DNA of 64,000 bases from an uncultured Roseburia sp. (GCA_934317215.1 CAKREH010000019.1:363-64362), one strand, 5' to 3'. Shown: positions 28,710 through 39,523, numbered from the stretch's first letter. Notes: generated by a model not told the origin, from the sequence alone. Made by a program: numbers and translations.

Positions 28710-30041
28710 ATGACACAGAACAAACAGATACAAAAAAATCATATGGATATTCCGTGGCACCAGTTTACGGGAGCGGACAAATCTCTTCCGATCACCCAGG
28801 CAGGACTGACCGAAAAAGCCTCCGTGATCGGGCGTACCGGTCTTATGATGCTCTCCTGTGGTACCGGAGCATGGCGCGTGCGCAGTTCCATGAACAGTCT
28901 TGCCACTCTGCTTGGTGTTACCTGTACCGCTGATATTGGACTGATGTCGATCGAATATACCTGCTTCGATGGAACTGACTGTTACTCGCAGTCTCTCTGC
29001 CTGACAAATACCGGCGTCAATACTTCGAAATTAAACCGGTTAGAGCGTTTCGTCAACGATTTTGACCATGAATGCTGCACAATGTCCGGTGAGCAGATCC
29101 ATACTTATTTAGACCAGATTGAACAGATTCACGGTCTTTATTCCCCATTTGCACTTGGATGTGCATCAGCATTTGCCTGCAGCGCATTTACATTTCTGCT
29201 CGGCGGAGGACCTATTGAGATGCTCTGCGCGTTCTTTGGTGCCGGCATTGGAAATTATCTGCGGTGTAAATTGACAAAACATCATTTTACGCTTTTTCTC
29301 TGCATTGCCGCATCCGTTTCAAGTGCCTGTCTGGTTTACGCCGGACTGTTAAAAATTGCAGAATTGCTATGGGGAATCTCCATTCAGCATGAGGCTGGTT
29401 ATATCTGTGCCATGCTCTTTATCATTCCCGGTTTTCCATTTATCACAAGTGGGATCGACCTTGCAAAACTTGATATGCGTTCCGGACTTGAGCGTCTTGC
29501 CTACGCGCTGATCATTATTGCCGTTGCCACAATGTTTGCATGGATGGTAGCTCTTTTACTTCATCTGCAGCCGGTAGATTTTCTTCCGTTAAACCTTACT
29601 CTGGCAGAAAAGATCATCTTCCGTCTGCTTGCAAGTTTCTGTGGCGTATTCGGATTTTCAATCATGTTTAACAGTCCCAGACAGCTCGCCGCTGCCGCTG
29701 CCATAATCGGTGCCATTGCAAATACATTCCGGTTAGAACTTGTTGACCTTTTGGGAACACCTTCCGCTGCCGCTGCATTTTTAGGCGCGCTGACCGCGGG
29801 ACTGCTCGCATCCCTTTTAAAGAACCATGTCGGTTATCCAAGGATCGCGATCACCGTTCCATCTATCGTTATCATGGTTCCGGGATTATACCTGTACCGC
29901 GCGATCTACAATCTTGGCATCATGTCTTTGGATGTATCGGCCTCCTGGTTTGCCTCTGCAATCCTTATTATCGTGTGCCTGCCTCTCGGACTGATCTTTG
30001 CAAGGATACTGACCGATAAAATGTTCCGGTACTGTACCTGA
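28710..30041 (+). CDS. threonine/serine exporter family protein (fused ThrE N- and C-terminal domains)
   Basis: 443 aa. N-terminal soluble-plus-TM part (GRTGLMMLSCGTGAWRVRSSMN) followed by ~10 TM segments, typical of DUF1212+DUF3815 ThrE proteins. Confidence 0.75.
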   Translation: MTQNKQIQKNHMDIPWHQFTGADKSLPITQAGLTEKASVIGRTGLMMLSCGTGAWRVRSSMNSLATLLGVTCTADIGLMSIEYTCFDGTDCYSQSLCLTNTGVNTSKLNRLERFVNDFDHECCTMSGEQIHTYLDQIEQIHGLYSPFALGCASAFACSAFTFLLGGGPIEMLCAFFGAGIGNYLRCKLTKHHFTLFLCIAASVSSACLVYAGLLKIAELLWGISIQHEAGYICAMLFIIPGFPFITSGIDLAKLDMRSGLERLAYALIIIAVATMFAWMVALLLHLQPVDFLPLNLTLAEKIIFRLLASFCGVFGFSIMFNSPRQLAAAAAIIGAIANTFRLELVDLLGTPSAAAAFLGALTAGLLASLLKNHVGYPRIAITVPSIVIMVPGLYLYRAIYNLGIMSLDVSASWFASAILIIVCLPLGLIFARILTDKMFRYCT

Positions 30042-30045
30042 TACA

Positions 30046-31338
30046 TTATTCTTTTAATAAATATTCGTCTCTCTTTGCCCCGGTGGAAACAAGGTAAATG
30101 GAATGTCCGATCAGTTCTTCGATCCTTTCGATATACTTCTTTGCATTTTCCGGAAGGTCATTCCAGTTTTTGCAGGATGAGATATCGCAATTCCATCCGT
30201 CTAACATCTCAAGCTCCGGTTCCGCAGAATCAAGTAATACATTCGTCGGGAAATCTGTGATGAGATTTCCATTTACACGGTATCCAGTGATAACAGGGAT
30301 CTTTTCAAAACAGCTTAGTACATCCAGTTTTGTCAGGGCAATATCCCCTGCATTCTGACACTGTAATCCATATCTGCTTGCAACTGCATCAAACGGTCCG
30401 ACTCTTCTCGGACGTCCGGTTGCAGCACCAAATTCATTTCCAGCCTTTCTTAATTTATCGTTCCATTCCCCGTCAGCGGCTTTCTCAGCGACAAATGGTC
30501 CCTCACCAACACATGTAGAATATGCCTTCATGACACCTACGACACGCTCCGGTTTTCTTTTTGGAATACCCGCTCCGATCGTTGCATAGGCTGCGATCGT
30601 ACTGGAACTGGATGTATATGGATAAATTCCGTAATCAATATCACGCAATGCGCCAAGCTGTGCCTCGAAGAGGATATCTTTTCCCTCTGCAGCTGCTTTT
30701 TCCAGAAGTGCCCCCGTATCGGTAATGTACGGTTTTAAAAATTCTGCCTGTCCCCGGCACCAGTCCATGACCTCTTCTACTGAGAGTGGTTTTTGGCCAT
30801 ATACCTTTTCAAGAATCAGATTTTTGCTCTCCACGATCATTGCGATCCGTTTTTTGATCACTTCCGAATCCAGATATAAAAGATCACCCATACGAAGTGT
30901 TTTCTTCATATATTTGTCACCATAGGCATAGGCAATTCCTCTTTTTGTAGAGCCAAATGCTTCTCCGGTCTTAGATAGCCGTTCTTCCTCTAATACATCC
31001 TGTCTGACATGGAATGGCATGCAGACAGTCGCTTTTTCTGATATCTTTAAATTTTCCGGACTAATTTTTACGTTCATATAACGCATCATTTCAATCTCAT
31101 GTCTCAAATGATCCGGATCAATCACCATTCCGTTACCAAGTACACAGACAACCTCCTGATGCAGGATACCGGATGGCAGCAGATTTAAAACAAATTTACC
31201 TTTATCTGTCACTACGGTATGTCCCGCATTGTTTCCTCCCTGATAACGAACCACATAATCGGCGTGTTCACTTAATAAATCCACGACACGTCCTTTTCCT
31301 TCATCGCCCCAGTTAATACCAGTTACTGCTGTTAACAT
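30046..31338 (-). CDS. purA: adenylosuccinate synthase
   Basis: GINWGDEGKGRVVD P-loop, YQGGNNAGHTV and GTTKRGI-like (STKRGIAYAY) motifs. 430 aa. Confidence 0.95.
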   Translation of the reverse strand: MLTAVTGINWGDEGKGRVVDLLSEHADYVVRYQGGNNAGHTVVTDKGKFVLNLLPSGILHQEVVCVLGNGMVIDPDHLRHEIEMMRYMNVKISPENLKISEKATVCMPFHVRQDVLEEERLSKTGEAFGSTKRGIAYAYGDKYMKKTLRMGDLLYLDSEVIKKRIAMIVESKNLILEKVYGQKPLSVEEVMDWCRGQAEFLKPYITDTGALLEKAAAEGKDILFEAQLGALRDIDYGIYPYTSSSSTIAAYATIGAGIPKRKPERVVGVMKAYSTCVGEGPFVAEKAADGEWNDKLRKAGNEFGAATGRPRRVGPFDAVASRYGLQCQNAGDIALTKLDVLSCFEKIPVITGYRVNGNLITDFPTNVLLDSAEPELEMLDGWNCDISSCKNWNDLPENAKKYIERIEELIGHSIYLVSTGAKRDEYLLKE

Positions 31339-31355
31339 AAATATTCACACTCCTT

Positions 31356-32111
31356 TTATGCCTGTGCATGTACAATCTTATCTGCTGTTTCAATACTCTT
31401 TTCCAACCGTTCCGAGAAACGATGGATCGGCAAAAATACGCCCAGTTCATCAAATCTCTGCCCTTCGTCTTCTAACGAATCCTGTCCGTAATAAACAAAA
31501 GAACGCGGCAGATCATTCTGCAGTTTCATCATGATATCCCACACTGCTGCATATGCCTGTGCTTCCGTTCTCTGCTGTTTTACCGTATCCGGCAGTTCAT
31601 AAACAAGCAGCAGTCCGATATGCTCACCCATCTTATATTCCATCACATCCATCGTATCCGAATCATAGCTGTGACGCTTGCGGTATCCGTATGCAAGATA
31701 CATCTTTACACCTTTATCTTTCCGGAATACCTTTTTAAACCTGTTATAATCTTTTTCACTCACATGGATTTCCTTTGTCTGAATCAGATTTCCATCCTCA
31801 TCCGTAAGCAGATACGGATTGATCTGACCATCCGCATTAAAGCGGAATGGTGCTAAAAATGAGTTTCGCAGCAGATCAAACATACTGTTTTTGCAGACTG
31901 CCATCAAAAATGCAGTCAGATCACGGTTTTTATAGGCATCAAACAATGCCTTTGCAAACTGCTCCGGTGGAAGATATCCACCCACCAATTCCAGATCCGA
32001 ATCAATTTCTCCATAAAAAGTCTGCATCAGACGCTCACAGGCTTCCGGATCTTTCAATATTTTATCAAACAGCAGATCTGCTTTTTCTTCTCTTGGAAAT
32101 ATTGTCTGCAT
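31356..32111 (-). CDS. hypothetical protein (no recognisable domain)
   Basis: 251-aa ORF with normal composition. Gaps of 17 nt to both the upstream yoaK-like gene and the downstream purA. Confidence 0.65.
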   Translation of the reverse strand: MQTIFPREEKADLLFDKILKDPEACERLMQTFYGEIDSDLELVGGYLPPEQFAKALFDAYKNRDLTAFLMAVCKNSMFDLLRNSFLAPFRFNADGQINPYLLTDEDGNLIQTKEIHVSEKDYNRFKKVFRKDKGVKMYLAYGYRKRHSYDSDTMDVMEYKMGEHIGLLLVYELPDTVKQQRTEAQAYAAVWDIMMKLQNDLPRSFVYYGQDSLEDEGQRFDELGVFLPIHRFSERLEKSIETADKIVHAQA

Positions 32112-32128
32112 CGTAATCCTTTCCTCCT

Positions 32129-32779
32129 TTATCTAATCTTTTCTAAGAACATCAGCAGGAAGCTGATCAGCAAAAGTCCACCGGATATCCAGATCACATG
32201 AAATCCATACCTCACAGACAGATTACCTCCGATTCCCGCACCGACTGCAAAGAATAAAATAATTCCAAAATAGTAAAGTGCCTGTCTGATCTGCTCCGGA
32301 CGTTTTTCCCTGAGATACAGTGAAAATGCTGCTGTGCCACTCCGCAGATTTCCGATACACATCGTACTCGCATAAGAATACCCACCGACCTTCCGGAATG
32401 TCTGTACCTGCATGGCACAGGAAAAAGAAACCAGAACCGTTGCTGCCATATTAAGGTTCTCCGGCAGAAATCCCACGAATACCAGAATCGCTATCTCACA
32501 GAGTAATACTGACTGTCTCCAGTGCAGCTTTCTCGCATACTTAAAACTTCCCTGTATCCGTTCTGCCACAAACACACCGACTGCAAATGCGAGCAATGGG
32601 AACAGATAACGCAATCCATCACTCCACTCTCCCATCATAAAATGCTGACTCATGAGTACCACGTTTCCGGTCTGTGCATTCGAGAACACACCATCTCTCG
32701 TAAAATAAGTGTATGCATCCTGGAACCCACCGGACAGTGCCAGAAACACACTCGTGATAAACGCCTCCGACATCTGCAC
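32129..32779 (-). CDS. YoaK family (DUF1275) membrane protein
   Basis: SGGFQDAYTY...NAQTGNVVLM signature and multi-TM topology. GTG 32779 sits 7 nt after an AAGGAG SD. ORF-track start 32824 is also GTG, so the start is uncertain. Confidence 0.75.
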   Translation of the reverse strand: MQMSEAFITSVFLALSGGFQDAYTYFTRDGVFSNAQTGNVVLMSQHFMMGEWSDGLRYLFPLLAFAVGVFVAERIQGSFKYARKLHWRQSVLLCEIAILVFVGFLPENLNMAATVLVSFSCAMQVQTFRKVGGYSYASTMCIGNLRSGTAAFSLYLREKRPEQIRQALYYFGIILFFAVGAGIGGNLSVRYGFHVIWISGGLLLISFLLMFLEKIR

Positions 32780-32960
32780 TTTCGTACTCCTTGGCTCATT
32801 TTGATTCAAAGCCAATGTTCTCACCTCTTATTCCCGTTTTTTCTCATTGATTTCTTACATCGTCTGTATTATAGTATCCCTGTTATCAGATGTAAAAAGT
32901 ATTATTGATATACCCGTCATATGATTTTTATATAATAAATAAAAGGAGACAAAACACCGC

Positions 32961-33842
32961 ATGATCACTTACGACTATTACCGTATTTTCTACTATGTTG
33001 CACAGTATAAAAGTTTTACCAGAGCTGCAGAGGCACTGCACAATAACCAGCCAAATATCACAAGGTGCATGAATAATCTGGAATCGGAATTAAACTGTAC
33101 ACTGTTTTTGCGCTCTAACAAGGGGATAACGCTGACTCCCGAAGGAAAAAGATTATATGAACATGTTGCGATTGCCTATGAGCAGCTGTCGCTTGGGGAA
33201 GATGAGATCCGTCAGAATAGGGATCTCGAAAATGGACTGGTTTCCATCGGAGCCAGCGAAAATGCGCTGCGCCTGCTATTGCTTCCAGTATTAGAACGTT
33301 TTCACGAACAATATCCACATGTGCGCATCCGTATTTTCAATCACTCCACACCACAGGCAATTTTAGCATTAGAGAGCAAGGTCGTCGATTTTGCAGCAGT
33401 CACCTCACCACTTACCATCCAAAAACCACTGCACAAAACACACCTTGCCTCCTACCGCGAAATTCTGATTGGAGGAACAAAATATAAAGAACTTGCTTCA
33501 CAGATCCGAAGCTTAAACGACCTTGCCGGGATACCTGTCATAGGGCTTGCCGATGGCACCGGAACCAGAGAACTATATCACCGTTATTTTTTAAGTCATG
33601 GCCTGATGTTCGCACCAGATATGGAGGCTACCACCACCGACCAGATTCTTCCTATGATCACTCACAATCTCGGTATCGGTTTTTATCCGGAAGAGCTCGC
33701 TGCGGAAGCGATCGCACGCGGCAATGCCTACGCAATCCGTCTCGTTGAGCCTATCCCGGAACGTGAAATATGTTTAGTCACAAACAGCAGCACCCAGATG
33801 AGTGCTGCTGTCCGCAAAGTGATTTCTTTTCTTTCTGTCTGA
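32961..33842 (+). CDS. LysR family transcriptional regulator
   Basis: N-terminal HTH (FYYVAQYKSFTRAAEALHNNQPNITRCMNNLESEL) plus a LysR substrate-binding domain. AAGGAG SD. Divergent from the yoaK-like operon. Confidence 0.9.
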   Translation: MITYDYYRIFYYVAQYKSFTRAAEALHNNQPNITRCMNNLESELNCTLFLRSNKGITLTPEGKRLYEHVAIAYEQLSLGEDEIRQNRDLENGLVSIGASENALRLLLLPVLERFHEQYPHVRIRIFNHSTPQAILALESKVVDFAAVTSPLTIQKPLHKTHLASYREILIGGTKYKELASQIRSLNDLAGIPVIGLADGTGTRELYHRYFLSHGLMFAPDMEATTTDQILPMITHNLGIGFYPEELAAEAIARGNAYAIRLVEPIPEREICLVTNSSTQMSAAVRKVISFLSV

Positions 33843-33882
33843 TTTCATGCCAAACGTATGTCCCGCGCCTATCCCGGAACTG

Positions 33883-34860
33883 CTACCGATCCTCTCTGAA
33901 GTATGCCTCTCCAAGGCTTGCCGGCGGCTGGTTCTCCTGTTTATTTCGTTTACTTGTGATCACAAGTACAATGATCGTCACCACATAAGGAAGCATCTTG
34001 CAGAGTTCCTGTGTTGCACGGGTCAGTCCCGGCAGATAGATATATAAAATATAGAGTCCTCCAAACAGGAACGATCCCCAGATTGCATGATCCGGATTCC
34101 AGAGTGCTAAGATAACCAGTGCGATTGCCAGCCATCCACGGTCACCGAACCCGTTATTTGACCAGGTTCCTCCAAGATATTCCATGACAAAGTAGAGTCC
34201 GCCAAGACCTGCGATTGCTGCTCCTGTCACGGTTGCGACATATTTATATCTTGATACATTGATACCTGCAGCATCTGCAGTTGCCGGGCTCTCCCCGACC
34301 GCACGCAAGTTTAAGCCGTGTCTGGTCTTTTTCAGGAAATAAGTCATGCACACGGCAAGGATCACGGATAAATAGGTCAGAAATCCATAGGAAAACAACA
34401 GATCTCCGATCACAGGAATCGCAGAGAGTCCCGGTATTTTTGCGCGGAATGCTGCTGTCGTCTGTACGGAAATCTGTCCGACACCTCCGGCAAGTTTTGA
34501 GATAGAACCGCCGAAGAAGTTACCGAAACCTACACCAAATGTCGTTAAGGCAAGACCGACAACATTCTGGTTAGCGCGCAGTGTGATCGTTAAGAAACTG
34601 TAAATCAGTCCGCCCAGTGCAGATACGATCAGTGTTGCAAATAAAGCGATCAGAAGCCCCATGAATCCATTCGGGTTTTCCCTGCCATTCTCATAAAAAA
34701 ATGCACCCATCAGACCGGAAATACCTCCCATGTACATGATACCCGGGATTCCAAGGTTTAAGTTACCAGACTTTTCCGTCACGATCTCTCCGGTCGCACC
34801 AAATAAAATCGCAACACCCTGCCCGATTGCTTTTTGTATGAATGTCATAAGCAGATTCAT
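33883..34860 (-). CDS. ABC transporter permease (BMP/nucleoside-type, second permease); apparently intact
   Basis: 325 aa and multi-TM. N-terminus ...AILFGATGEIVTEKSGNLNLGIPGIMYMGG is typical of this permease family. Confidence 0.8.
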   Translation of the reverse strand: MNLLMTFIQKAIGQGVAILFGATGEIVTEKSGNLNLGIPGIMYMGGISGLMGAFFYENGRENPNGFMGLLIALFATLIVSALGGLIYSFLTITLRANQNVVGLALTTFGVGFGNFFGGSISKLAGGVGQISVQTTAAFRAKIPGLSAIPVIGDLLFSYGFLTYLSVILAVCMTYFLKKTRHGLNLRAVGESPATADAAGINVSRYKYVATVTGAAIAGLGGLYFVMEYLGGTWSNNGFGDRGWLAIALVILALWNPDHAIWGSFLFGGLYILYIYLPGLTRATQELCKMLPYVVTIIVLVITSKRNKQENQPPASLGEAYFREDR

Positions 34861-35232
34861 TTATTTTCCCTCCTTATGGTTCTTTTTCCATTCCAGCTTG
34901 TAATTGATGAAGAACTCACAGCCGATTAAGAAAAACAGTAAAATACCGGTAATAATATCCGACGCATTCTCATTTAAACCAAACTGGGAAGCGATCTGGA
35001 TGGATCCCTGCTGCATAAATACCAGAAATGCAGATACTAAGATCATTGCAAACGGATTAAATTTAGACATCCACGCAACAATGATTGCGGTAAATCCACG
35101 TCCACCGGCTGTACTTGTGGAGATCGTATGGCTCGCACCGCTGACGATCAGGCAGCCGGCGATTCCACAGATCGCACCGGAGAGCATCATCGTGCGGATG
35201 ATTACTTTTTTTACATATCGGAGATCTTTTGA
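34861..35232 (-). pseudogene. C-terminal ~120-codon remnant of the first BMP-type ABC permease
   Basis: The frame reads ...RYVKKVIIRTMMLSGAICGIAGCLIV...GFTAIIVAWMSKFNP..., matching only the last third of this permease family. No plausible start. Joined out of frame to the ATPase remnant. Confidence 0.7.
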
Positions 35233-36199
35233 CTTTTCCCTCCGGTGACTCATAAAGGATCTCACCACTCTCGATCGGCTGCAAACCAGCCACAGACTCT
35301 AAGAGTTCTTTCTGCCCACTTCTGGAAATTCCTGCGATACCGAGGATTTCACCGCTGTATGCGGTAAATGAAGCCTCTTTTAATACTTTTAACCCTTCCT
35401 TATTCCGGCAGGTTACACCGCGCATCTCAATTCGTTTTTTTGCATCTTCCGGTTCGGTACGGTTGATATCAAGCGTTACTTTTTCACCAACCATCATCTC
35501 GGTTAAAGACTCTACCGTTGCACCTTTTGTTTCCACTGTATCTATGTATGTTCCCTTTCGAAGAACAGCCACGCGGTCAGAAAGCTCTAACACCTCGTTT
35601 AACTTGTGAGTGATAATGATGATGGATTTTCCTGCGGCACGCATGTTACGCAGCACCGCAAATAACTTTTCTGTCTCCTGCGGCGTTAAAACGGCAGTTG
35701 GCTCATCTAAGATCAGAATATCCGCACCACGGTATAAAACCTTTACGATCTCAACGGTCTGTTTCTGGGAAACAGACATATCATAAATTTTCTGGGAAGG
35801 ATTTAAGTCAAACCCGTAGCGGTCTGTCAGTTCTTTTACTTCTTTTTCCACCTGTTTTAAATTCAGGCGTTCTTTTCCTGGCAGACCCAAAATAATATTC
35901 TCGGCTGCTGTCAGAATATTGATCAGCTTGAAATGCTGATGAATCATTCCAATTCCGAGTTCGAAGGAATCTTTCGGGGACCGGATCGTCACGGTTTTCC
36001 CATTCACACGGATTTCTCCCTCATCCGGGAAATAAATACCGGAGAGCATGTTCATCAGCGTAGTCTTTCCACTGCCATTCTCTCCTAATATGGAAAGGAT
36101 CTCTCCCTTTCTCACTGTCAGATTTACATTGTCATTTGCGACAACCTCTCCAAAACGTTTGGTGACTCCCAAAAGTTCAATCGCATTTACCGGTTCCAC
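35233..36199 (-). pseudogene. 5' ~320-codon remnant of the double-ABC-domain ATPase of the BMP-type transporter
   Basis: GTG 36199 follows AAAGGAGGA. The first ABC domain is complete (GENGSGKTT, MSVSQKQ, ILILDEP). The second stops just after its degenerate P-loop (GIAGISRSGQKELLES...ILYESPEGK), then the reading frame runs into permease DNA. Confidence 0.7.
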
Positions 36200-36349
36200 A
36201 AACAGTCCTCCTTTAACGTAAACTGCGGAACTGCGATAAAAGGTCTGTCCTTTCACAGTTCCGCTTATTTATGACACAAAAACATTCCTGTCAGGGCTGC
36301 TTTTGTGTATGAATGCTTTCATAATCTACGGTGCAAAATACCCGCCGGT

Positions 36350-37000
36350 TTAGTTGGTCACAGAAGTAATGCCATCAATAATGATATCGAAGGATGGAGC
36401 AGATGCCTTCTCAGACTCATGATAATATCCATCAGATACATAATCTGCATATTTTGCATAGTCACCGCCCTCTGCGATCAGATCCTCTAAGGAAGAACCG
36501 TTCACAGTAAATGCAGATGTATCAAATACATGAAGTGATCCGTCTTTGATCGCATTTTCCACTTCTGTTACTTTTGCGTCTGTTCCCTCTGCTGCCACTG
36601 CCTCGTTGATCGGTGTAATGTCAACTGCACCTTCTGCAAATCCCTGACACCAGTCAGTCTCGATTGCTGTTCCGTCTAATACACACTGTACTGCATGTGT
36701 ATAGTAAACACCCCAGTTGTTTGTCGGAGAAGTAAGTGCTGCATCCGGAGCAACAGTTGTCATATCAACGTTGTAGCCGACACATGGAACTTTCTTATCC
36801 TCACAGGTGCTTGGTGCGCCGGTGGTATCTGCATGCTGGCTGATCAGAACGCATCCGTCATCGATCAGTTTTGCTGCTACCTCTGCCTCACCGGACATAT
36901 CTGCCCAGCTGTTTGTATACTGTACTTCCATAGTTGCGGAAGGGCACTGGCTTTTTGCTCCTACAATGCAATTTTCGCTGTATTTCACTGAAAATTCCAT
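36350..37000 (-). pseudogene. 5'-truncated BMP family ABC substrate-binding protein gene
   Basis: The 216-aa ORF matches only the C-terminal half of BMP lipoproteins (...YTNSWADMSGEAEVAAKLIDDGCVLISQHADTTG...). There is no signal peptide or lipobox. An in-frame TAA lies 6 codons upstream of the ATG. Confidence 0.65.
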
Positions 37001-37101
37001 TTTTAATAAAAAAATTTTTTACTTATAAGCGGAAGTTATTTTTATCATTCCATAAACTTATGGAATTTCCCATTTCCCTGTCATTTGTATTTTCAAGCGC
37101 C

Positions 37102-38208
37102 TTAACGAAACATTTTTATAATCCCTCTGTCATTTAACTGTTTTAGAAATGAAACCAGAAGCGGTACTACAAACAGTCCAATAATTCCAAAAAATTTCAA
37201 GCCGATCAGCATACATGGCAGCATGATCACTGGCGATAATCCCATCTGTTTTCCCACCAGTTTCGGCTCGATCAGATTCCTCACGACCGTGATCACAAGA
37301 TAAAGTGCAAACACACCAAAACCGATAGAAACCCTGCCTGAAGCAAAGGCAAGCACCGCCCACGGAATCAGCACCGTTCCTGTTCCAAGCACCGGAAGGA
37401 TATCAAGCACTGCAATGATAAATGCAATGGCAAATGCATTTTTTATTCCAAGCAGAAACAGACCTGCCACAAGTTCCGCAAATGTGATTCCGAAGATCAG
37501 ACAGTACGAGAGGATACATTTTCCCATCGTCCCTGTCACATATTTTTTTCCATCCCGGAATGCCCGCTGATATTCTGACGGGATCTGCCGCTTTAAAAAT
37601 GCTTTGATTTCTGGAAATTCCAGTTCCATAAATACCGTCGCGATCACCGCGATCAGAAGTTTCATAAAAAATCCCGGTATTCCTGCCGCCATCCCGGACA
37701 CTCCGTCGATCACACCATCTGAAATTCCTGACATCAGTTTTCCCGCATTTTTCAGCGTCTGTGCGGACTCTTCCCCAACTCCGTGCAAACCGGATGTTTT
37801 TCCCGTCAGTTCTGCCGGATAAAAGACAGAAAGGAAATGATCCAGCCATCGGTAAAACCGCTGTAACACCGGAACGATCGTATCCGAAAAAAAAATGGAT
37901 AACTCCCTTGTCGTATCATAGATCAGACGCACCAGACAGATGCCCGCAAAATAGAGGAATAACGCTAAAATGATATAAAAAAAGAGAACGACCGTGACTG
38001 CCACAATCCCTCTTTTCACACGCGTTCTGTCTGTGATAAAGGTTACCAATCCTGACAGCAGCGCAGCAGCCGCAAATGCCACAAGGAACGGAAACAGCAC
38101 AGATCCTGCCGCCTTAAGCACTACCCACAAAATCACAAGCCACACTACCCAGAATGCAAATCCAATCAGAAAATCCTTTTGCCGCATCAATCGTTCTTCC
38201 CTGTTCAT
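37102..38208 (-). CDS. AI-2E family transporter (PerM / YtvI-like membrane protein)
   Basis: Multi-TM with a conserved C-terminal region (LDILPVLGTGTVLIPW...LIEPKLVGKQMGLSP). Start is uncertain: candidates are GTG 38250 (no SD), ATG 38208 and ATG 38187. Confidence 0.8.
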   Translation of the reverse strand: MNREERLMRQKDFLIGFAFWVVWLVILWVVLKAAGSVLFPFLVAFAAAALLSGLVTFITDRTRVKRGIVAVTVVLFFYIILALFLYFAGICLVRLIYDTTRELSIFFSDTIVPVLQRFYRWLDHFLSVFYPAELTGKTSGLHGVGEESAQTLKNAGKLMSGISDGVIDGVSGMAAGIPGFFMKLLIAVIATVFMELEFPEIKAFLKRQIPSEYQRAFRDGKKYVTGTMGKCILSYCLIFGITFAELVAGLFLLGIKNAFAIAFIIAVLDILPVLGTGTVLIPWAVLAFASGRVSIGFGVFALYLVITVVRNLIEPKLVGKQMGLSPVIMLPCMLIGLKFFGIIGLFVVPLLVSFLKQLNDRGIIKMFR

Positions 38209-38380
38209 CGCCCACCATTTTCCTTTTACTGCATCTTTTTTATTATCCACTATTATTATCTATATCCGCTTTGGGCGATCTCATTCTTATTTATGAAATA
38301 TTTTTATTTTTTCAGGTTTTTTGATTGGCAATTTGCCAGCCACTAAGTTGTGAGCCACCTTTAGACACCCGAATCTTTCC

Positions 38381-38437
38381 CAAAATAAAAATACCCACAG
38401 CATACCATCTCTGGCACACTGCAGGTATTTTGCTGTG
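38381..38437 (-). terminator. rho-independent terminator after the lactonase gene
   Basis: Minus strand CACAGC(AAA)AUACC...GGUAUGCUGUG stem followed by GGUAUUUUUAUUUU. Confidence 0.55.
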
Positions 38438-38459
38438 TCACAAGGTTCATGACACCCTT

Positions 38460-39518
38460 TTATTCTTCTAATTTTAAAATATAGATACAGTTTGGCTTAT
38501 CAACTTTGACCGGTGCACCGTTCTGCAGTGAAAATCCTTTTTCATAATTGATCGTATAAGATACGATATCATTGGATGTGTTGTTGACCGTCAGGTAATG
38601 TTTTTCATCCGGATAAACAGCGAGCATCTTCGGATAATCACTGTCTACTTTCGTGCGGAATGCCTTTGTCAGCATACCTGTCTCAGGATCAATCTCATAT
38701 GCAACCACCGTGTTCACTCCGGCGTTTGAAACAAAAAGATATTTTCCGCTCTTTGTGATCTCCATACCGGATGCAGCACAGATATCTTCTTCTTTCCTGC
38801 CCTGTGTTGTGATCGTCTGGATCTTGTCAAACTGCGGCTGATCATTCTCAACGCTGTACTTGTACACTTCGATCTCATGTGTCAGTTCATATAAGATATA
38901 CGCATATTTTCCATCTCTGGAAAAACGGATCATTCTCGGCGCTGATTCGAGTGGTCCACGAATGATGTCCACCATTTTTAATTTGCCGTAAGTATAATCC
39001 ACGCGGTAGATCTTCACCTGATCTAATCCGTTATCAACTGCACATAAAAACTTCTGATCCGGTGTCAGTTTAACACAGTCAACGTGCGGTGTGTTGGTAC
39101 GTCTGTCGCTTCCGCGCGCCATTCCTTTATGGAAAATACCATCCGCAATAGATCCGATACTTCCATCTTTTTCAAGATGCATCATCGTCACACGTCCGTC
39201 ATGATGTCCACCCACGAACAGATAACGATTCTCATCATCCACCTCTACATAACATCCTCTCATGCCGCCGATCCACTGTTTATTTACGGCCTCAAGATCT
39301 CCATCCGGAAGAACTTTGAATGCCTCTACACCTTCATCTGCGATTGAATAAAGGAACTTTCTATCCTTTGAAACAACAAGATCCGATGGATTGTTAATCG
39401 GTACCACTCTACGCTCTTTCATGCTGCCATTTGCAACGTCCACATCATAGATATGGATTCCAACACTGTTTTCATGTGTATAGGTACCTACATATGCCAC
39501 ATATTTTTCCTGTTTCAT
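38460..39518 (-). CDS. lactonase family protein (7-bladed beta-propeller, 6-phosphogluconolactonase-like)
   Basis: MKQEKYVAYVGTYTHENSVGIHIY N-terminus is typical of the family. ATG 39518 follows a GGGAGGA SD. The 44-codon ORF-track extension translates the upstream repeats. Confidence 0.85.
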   Translation of the reverse strand: MKQEKYVAYVGTYTHENSVGIHIYDVDVANGSMKERRVVPINNPSDLVVSKDRKFLYSIADEGVEAFKVLPDGDLEAVNKQWIGGMRGCYVEVDDENRYLFVGGHHDGRVTMMHLEKDGSIGSIADGIFHKGMARGSDRRTNTPHVDCVKLTPDQKFLCAVDNGLDQVKIYRVDYTYGKLKMVDIIRGPLESAPRMIRFSRDGKYAYILYELTHEIEVYKYSVENDQPQFDKIQTITTQGRKEEDICAASGMEITKSGKYLFVSNAGVNTVVAYEIDPETGMLTKAFRTKVDSDYPKMLAVYPDEKHYLTVNNTSNDIVSYTINYEKGFSLQNGAPVKVDKPNCIYILKLEE

Positions 39519-39523
39519 ATTTA

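Noticed and set aside
35222-35227. AGATCT (BglII site) at the ATPase/permease deletion junction as a sign of engineering
   Set aside because: A single 6-mer is expected by chance many times in 64 kb. There are no vector, marker or scar sequences nearby.
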